From Eledone cirrhosa (taxonomy: Eukaryota), in the NCBI GenBank assembly GCA_964016885.1, contig OZ024741.1:6448001-6512000 (forward strand): a DNA stretch of 64,000 nt, in the 5' to 3' direction. The position numbers and the translations under genes were made by a program. Shown piece after piece: positions 61,701-64,000 of this stretch. Positions within the stretch are counted from its first letter, which is position 1. Every line of letters begins with the position of its first letter. A model generated the notes under the pieces. That model saw only the letters and a list, made by a program, of their open reading frames with translations. It was not told where the DNA came from and ran no database searches.

Positions 61701-62262
61701 TTGACGATCGCTCCAGTCAATCGTTCCTTAACTAACGTACTAATCCGATACCTGTAGGCTCTACTTGCCGGCAAGGACAAGTTGAGCTTCCAGTAACCGG
61801 GGCCCTGTCTATGCGTTCTATCAAGGTTGACCATGCAGGTCACCAACTTGTGGTCTGAATAGCCAACCATGAGCATTTCTGGACAACTTAAAAAGTCCCT
61901 GTCCTTATTTATAACTAAAAATCTATCTAGGTACGACCTAGATGATCCGCTGCGATTTAACCAAGACCAGGTTGGCACCGTCGGAAAATCTAGTCGAAAT
62001 CTATCGGCCAGGTCAAATCGGCCGAGTAACCCCTTGAGGCTGTTGCACCCCTCTCTATCGGGACATACCCCTGCATAGTCCCAACGTGCATCCAGGATAC
62101 CATTCCAATCCCCCACTAAAAGCAGGGAACGGGACGTCCCTAGAAAAGACTCCAGACGCTGGAAAAAGTCGAGCCGCTCAGTCCCAAAAGGGGCATATGC
62201 GGCTACCAGCCTAAAGGCTCTACCTTCACCACTGCCAAGGTCCAGCACCACCAGTCGACCCC
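58773..62262 (-). mobile_element. Tx1/L1-clade element C, 5'-truncated within APE
   Basis: 890-aa open frame 59579-62251 (APE C-terminal half plus RT, AYADD). Frameshifted zinc-finger tail to ~59094. 3' UTR hairpin and AATAAA. Confidence 0.94.
59579..62251 (-). CDS. ORF2 (partial APE plus RT) of element C
   Basis: GDWN, SDH, GPGYWKLN, KSPGLDG, KAFDRVDH, QGCPLS, AYADD. Confidence 0.92.
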   Translation of the reverse strand: MVLDLGSGEGRAFRLVAAYAPFGTERLDFFQRLESFLGTSRSLLLVGDWNGILDARWDYAGVCPDREGCNSLKGLLGRFDLADRFRLDFPTVPTWSWLNRSGSSRSYLDRFLVINKDRDFLSCPEMLMVGYSDHKLVTCMVNLDRTHRQGPGYWKLNLSLPASRAYRYRISTLVKERLTGAIVNSRWWVSLKREIRVVSIEFSKVLAADRNRKERELIDRVEEAIRSGDVARVLASRTALSQFFDAKHEGCVVRSKIRALGNEGTKAVSWARVTEANSGTKSTIRSLRDLDGRAILEPKQMCEAFQRHFARLFGRGGEPVGNVDFGPYLDGLPRLSDREAKSCEEPISAAEIEDVLGQCSKRKSPGLDGLPYELYLAMPDLFPDLLEAVYCNWQQNGRIPCTVTKGVVTLVRKDENKGDEISNFRPITLLNTELQILAKVLAKRLALVVGNLVGDAQTCAIPSRSIHDNLHLMRYIIERVGNEPGFGGALINLDQSKAFDRVDHGYLDAVLAAAGFGPVFRGWITAMHSSRICSRVKVNGYLSEPFKIARSIGQGCPLSSLLYVLTLEPLLRKLELLQGIPLERGLQKAVSAYADDVTVMVSTASEIEAVDTLLEEYERFTGAKLNRDKSIGLQLGTWRGRPMPSDGVVGRWTEGPVKLLGVWFGPDLQVEKNWAEVTNRVFALTQKWASCKLSLKGRAEVANTYIASVIYYRLTVVPCPRETLTKMERALFQFLWKRRAPMVRRSICCQHPSKGGLGMPWLMMRKHALRLRHLYVFLTGQPVWASFVRRTFPRLVSLTELQSWVKQRPRKLGAWHTECAQALTALWQADPVISGDSTATFYRGLVRSRCDDALGEALDMEEDELASLFGRTFSPGPMDNFQKSLAWQCY

Positions 62263-64000
62263 AGGGACTTTTTAAGTTGTCCAGAAATGCTCATTCATGG
62301 TTGGCTATTCAGACCACAAGTTAGTGACCTGCATAGTCCACCTTGATAGAACGCATAGGCAGGGACCCGGTTACTGGAAGCTCAACTTGTACTTACCGGT
62401 AAGTAGAGCTTACAGGGACCGGATTAGAACCTTAGTTAAGGAGCGGTTGACGGGTGCCATCGTCAGCAGCAGGTGGTGGGGCTCTCTGAAAAGAGAGATT
62501 AGAGTAGTTTCAATAGGAGTTAATAAGGAGTAAGCCTCAGATAGAAATAGGAAGGAAAGGGAGTTAGTAGTTAATGTTGAAGAGGCAATTAGAAGCGGCA
62601 ACGTGGCCAGAGTGCAAGCGTCGAGAACGGTCTTGAACCAGTTCTTCGACGCGAAACACGAAGGCTGCGTTGTCCGAAGCAAAATACGTGCTCTGGGAAA
62701 CGAGGGGACCAAAGCTGTTAGCTGGGCCCGCGTGACAGAAGCGAAAAGTGGGATTAAATCCACTATCCGGTCTTTGCGAGACCAGGATGGACGGCTGATC
62801 CTTGAACCTAAGCAAAAGTGCGAGGCCTTTCAAAGGCACTTTGCCTGATTGTTCGGGAGGGGCGGGGGGCAGGTTGGGGATGTGCATTTCGGTCCATACC
62901 TCGACGGCCTGCCGCGTCTTTCAGACGAGGAGGCGAAGTCCTGCAACAGGCCGATCTCAGCTGCTGAAATAGGGGACGTGCTAAGCCTATGCAGCAAACG
63001 CAAATCTCCAGGCCTCGATGGTCTGCCCTACGAACTATATATTAATATGCCGGACTTGTTCCCCGATCTCCTCGAGGCGGTCTACTGCAACTGGCAACAG
63101 AACGGGAGAATTCCCTGTTCTGTGACCAAGGGCGTAGTCACGCTAGTGAGGAAGGACGAGAACAAGGGGGATGACATTAGTAATTTTAGGCCCATAACTC
63201 TGCTAAATGCAGAGTTAAAGGTTTTGGCCAAGGTGTTAGCGAAGAGGCTGGCGCTTGTCGTGGGGGGCCTGGTGGGAGATGCGCAGACATGCGCTATCCC
63301 GTCCAGGTCCATCTACGACAACCTCCACCTCATGCGATACATCATAGAGAGAGTTGGGAACGAACCTGACTTTGGTGGGGCCCTGATCAATTTAGATCAG
63401 TCTAAAGCTTTTGATAGAGTGGACCATGGTTACCTGGATGCGGTGCTAGTGGCGGCTGTTTTCAGGGGCTAGATCACTGCCATGCATAGCATCCCATCTG
63501 CTCTAGAGTCAAGGTGAATGGCTACCTCTCGGAGCAGTTCGAAATCACCCGCTCCATCCGACAGGGGTGCCCTCTCTCTTCCCTTCTGTATGTACTGGCT
63601 CTCAAGCCACTACTGCGGAAGTTGGAGTTGTTGCAGGGCATCCCTTTGGAACTGGGATTGCGCAAAGCAGTGTCGGCCTACGCCGATGACGTAACAGGTG
63701 TCGACCACCTCGGAAATCGGGGCAATCGGCACCTTACTGGAGGAGTATGAAAGGTTGACAGGGGCTAAGCTGAATCGGGACAAGTCAGTCGCTTTGGAAC
63801 TCAGCGAGTGGAGGGGCAAACCGATGCCGTCCGACGGTATCATTGGAAGGTGGACGGAGGGCCCGGTGAAGTTGCTTGGGGTCTGGTTCGGACCGGACCT
63901 CCTTGTGGAGAAAAACTGGGGTGAGGTTACGAATAGGATGTTTGCACTGACTCAGAAGTGGGCCGATTACAAACTATCCCTGAAAGGTCGGGCGGAGGTG
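62263..64000 (+). mobile_element. Tx1 element D = 3' continuation of element A (rest of APE plus RT, degenerate); runs off the right edge
   Basis: Starts AGGGACTTTTTAAGTTGTCCAGAAATG (RDFLSCPEM), the residues expected next after A's DRFLVRIKD. Contains GPGYWKLN, KSPGLDG and AYADD, with stops. Confidence 0.92.

Noticed and set aside
20003-63843. Numerous short ORFs antisense to LINE ORFs (e.g. 20003-20449, 22130-22576, 54034-54483, 60141-60476)
   Set aside because: They are shadow frames of RT-coding sequence with no independent coding evidence.
58773-64000. C/D as a single twin-primed (5'-inverted) insertion
   Set aside because: C and D contain the same RT region redundantly and differ at many sites. 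D picks up exactly where A breaks.

Overview
Repeat-saturated animal genomic DNA. The SINE/RTE repertoire looks like an octopus-type cephalopod (inference from recalled repeat motifs). No host protein-coding gene is supportable. 1-18.8 kb is a 26-bp satellite with higher-order duplications. 19-36 kb holds 5'-truncated RTE-clade LINEs (all minus strand), Penelope-like elements with inverted pLTRs and hammerhead ribozyme motifs, a U6 snRNA retro-chimera, two hAT (Buster/ZBED5-type) elements separated by a 29-bp satellite, and a Merlin-like MITE carrying a Tx1 3' fragment. 36-50 kb holds SINEs, Helitron-type elements, a CR1 fragment and long inverted repeats. 50.4-64 kb is a nest of Tx1/L1-clade retrotransposons. 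The most striking observation is in this nest. A plus-strand Tx1 element is split inside its APE endonuclease region (...DRFLVRIKD | RDFLSCPEM...; breaks at 52979, resumes at 62263). Two related Tx1 elements sit in the gap in antisense orientation, both joined to the same 17-bp target TAGTTAGAATTAAAGAT. This suggests a site-specific, self-family-targeting retrotransposon. All coordinates and identities were read by eye.
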